A DNA stretch of 63,939 nucleotides, filler included, from Octopus bimaculoides (taxonomy: Eukaryota): NCBI RefSeq assembly GCF_001194135.2. It is 7 parts of 6 records of this genome, joined end to end, with 100 filler letters (N's around TTAATTAATTAA, not from the genome) between each part and the next. Parts side by side here need not be neighbours in the genome. Positions count along the whole stretch, not along the records: positions 60,999 to 62,730 come from NC_068986.1; positions 62,831 to 63,939 come from NC_069005.1; 5 more parts are not named here. The stretch is one strand, 5' to 3'. How positions within the stretch are numbered: the first letter of the stretch is position 1; each line of letters starts with the position of its first letter. Made by a program: the position numbers and the translations under genes. The notes under the pieces were generated by a model, which worked only from the letters and a program-made list of their open reading frames with translations, had not been told where the DNA came from and did not search any database. Of the stretch, positions 62,016-63,939 are shown in pieces.

Positions 62016-62845
62016 TCTTAATCGCACAATCTTGCTTGCACATTTAATATATTCAACCGTGATTACTACAAGTCATTATATATGTTAAAGTGATATCTGA
62101 CCGTTGTTAGAAACGTAAGTAACGTTTCATCAAGACTATAAGCTATAAAGAGCTTCAGCTGAAAATAGTGTTTACTGGCGGTTTGGCTTTGAAATATGGA
62201 TAAAATCTACTTCTGTTAGTCAAGTCTGGGCGCATTATGCTGGAAATTATTCTGGATTCCATGATGTTTGAGTGACTGAGGTGACAAGATTCCAGATGAA
62301 ACACAGCACACTGCTTGGTTCCAGGATCGTATCTCATTAGTCAAACACTAACCGCTTGACACTACATCTTCACTCATCTGTTAGATCAATGTGTACAGTC
62401 GTGGCCAGAAGTTTTGAACTTGTTTTTAAAAAATTAAAATTGTTATACCCAAGTACAATTCGATTCAAATATCTGAGTAATACTAGGAAGACGTGATGGT
62501 CATGCCTGGAAATAACTTTCATTATATGTGTCTGCTCCATCAGCTCAATCCAAGGACTAAACACCGCTATCGGCGCTACACCCGCCGCCGCCGCCATCGC
62601 CACCACCACCGCCACCGCCACCGCCGCCACGAACTTCATCGGCGCCAACACCATCGAGCTGAAATGCGAAACTTCAAAGCAAAATCAAAAGCAGCTGTCA
62701 GTTGCTTAGCACTGCCGTTTTAGGGACCACNNNNNNNNNNNNNNNNNNNNNNNNNNNNNNNNNNNNNNNNNNNNTTAATTAATTAANNNNNNNNNNNNNN
62801 NNNNNNNNNNNNNNNNNNNNNNNNNNNNNNTATTATATTATATAT

Positions 62846-63000
62846 ACGACGGGCTTCTTTCAGTTTCCATCTACTAAACCCACTCACAAGGCTTTAGTCA
62901 GCCCTAGGCAATAGTAGAAGACACTTGCCCAAGGTGCCGCGCAGTGACACTGAACCATGTACTTGGTAAGCAAGCTTCTTACCACACAGCCACTCCTGTG
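62846..63000 (-). mobile_element. SINE type A head
   Basis: gacgggcttctttcagtttccatctac...gacacttgcccaaggtgcc...accacacagccactcctg. Confidence 0.9.
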
Positions 63001-63756
63001 TCTATATAAAGACAAATTTACATTGGTCAATGTATTCTAAACGAGTTGAAACCAAATGGTCATAGCTGGAACGCCTTTTATCGTAGGTCTAATCAATCTA
63101 GTCTTGATGTAAGAGGACGTTTTGGGCAACAACAAATACATCTGTTTATTTCTACTGACTTCGTCGGTCTGCTAGAAATAATAGCCAAAAAATCTTCATA
63201 ACTTTCCTCTCATTACCACCATAACCTTTAATAACAAATAATTTATCAGATATTATATTCTCTAATCCACATAGAATTAGATGGAATATTGTAATGCCTG
63301 GAGCACCTTTGATCATGGATATAATCATTCAGGATTGACTTGGGGTTAAAGAAGACCAACAACAGTAACAACAACAACAATACTAACAAATACACCCGTT
63401 CTCTTCCACAGTTTTCTGTGCTGTCTTCTCTTTGCTATATATAATGAGTATTTATCTAAAGTTAACAATACACTGCTTCAACAACCATTGTGTTGGCAGT
63501 AACAGCGATGAAGATGGCGGCGAGATATAAACCATTCAACTTCCGGTCAGTAATCTCTAGGCTTTATCGATTTAGTTGACTTCAGTATCTCACAGAAGTT
63601 AATTTCAGAACTCGAATTATCCTGAGTTATTGTTAACTACTTATCGAGTGGTTTCGGGGTATTATTCCTTAGTTTATCGGATTAGATAGGATAGGTCGGA
63701 ATGCACTGCGATCGACAGATATATGTACGTATAATCCGTATATTTGTACATATGTG

Positions 63757-63836
<80 letters not shown>

Positions 63837-63939
63837 TATGTGTGTCTGTGTGTGTATTCATAAGTATATGAGTATATATAATATTTATTTATACAGGTGT
63901 ATATATACATACATATATACATATATATATATATGTATG

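Noticed and set aside
26726-62786. Recurrent TTAATTAATTAA palindrome (six copies) as a biological motif
   Set aside because: Centred in N blocks (N44 on each side where counted, 100 bases total) and encodes stops in all six frames: an assembly linker

Overview
AT-rich, microsatellite-dense eukaryotic genomic DNA with many N gaps. The repeat content is most consistent with an octopus (cephalopod) draft assembly; this is an inference. No intact host gene is recognisable, and the window is essentially a transposon graveyard. It contains: many copies of an RTE-clade LINE with a (GAT)n tail, including one near-full-length APE+RT copy; four tRNA-derived SINE types; fragments of R4/Dong-like, HERO-like and Tx1/L1-like non-LTR elements; several Penelope-like elements (RT and GIY-YIG); and DNA transposon relics (a piggyBac with both ends, a Buster-type hAT, a pogo, three mariners and a Tigger-like MITE). 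The most notable structure not shown by the ORF track is a set of at least six type I hammerhead ribozyme folds in or near Penelope-related AT-rich tracts. They have short, near-palindromic stem III and usually long stem II. One pair lies in an apparently non-coding tandem/inverted array of about 475-bp period and carries a CCGA core variant. Six N44-TTAATTAATTAA-N44 blocks are artificial scaffold linkers. All alignments and folds were done by eye, so boundaries are approximate.
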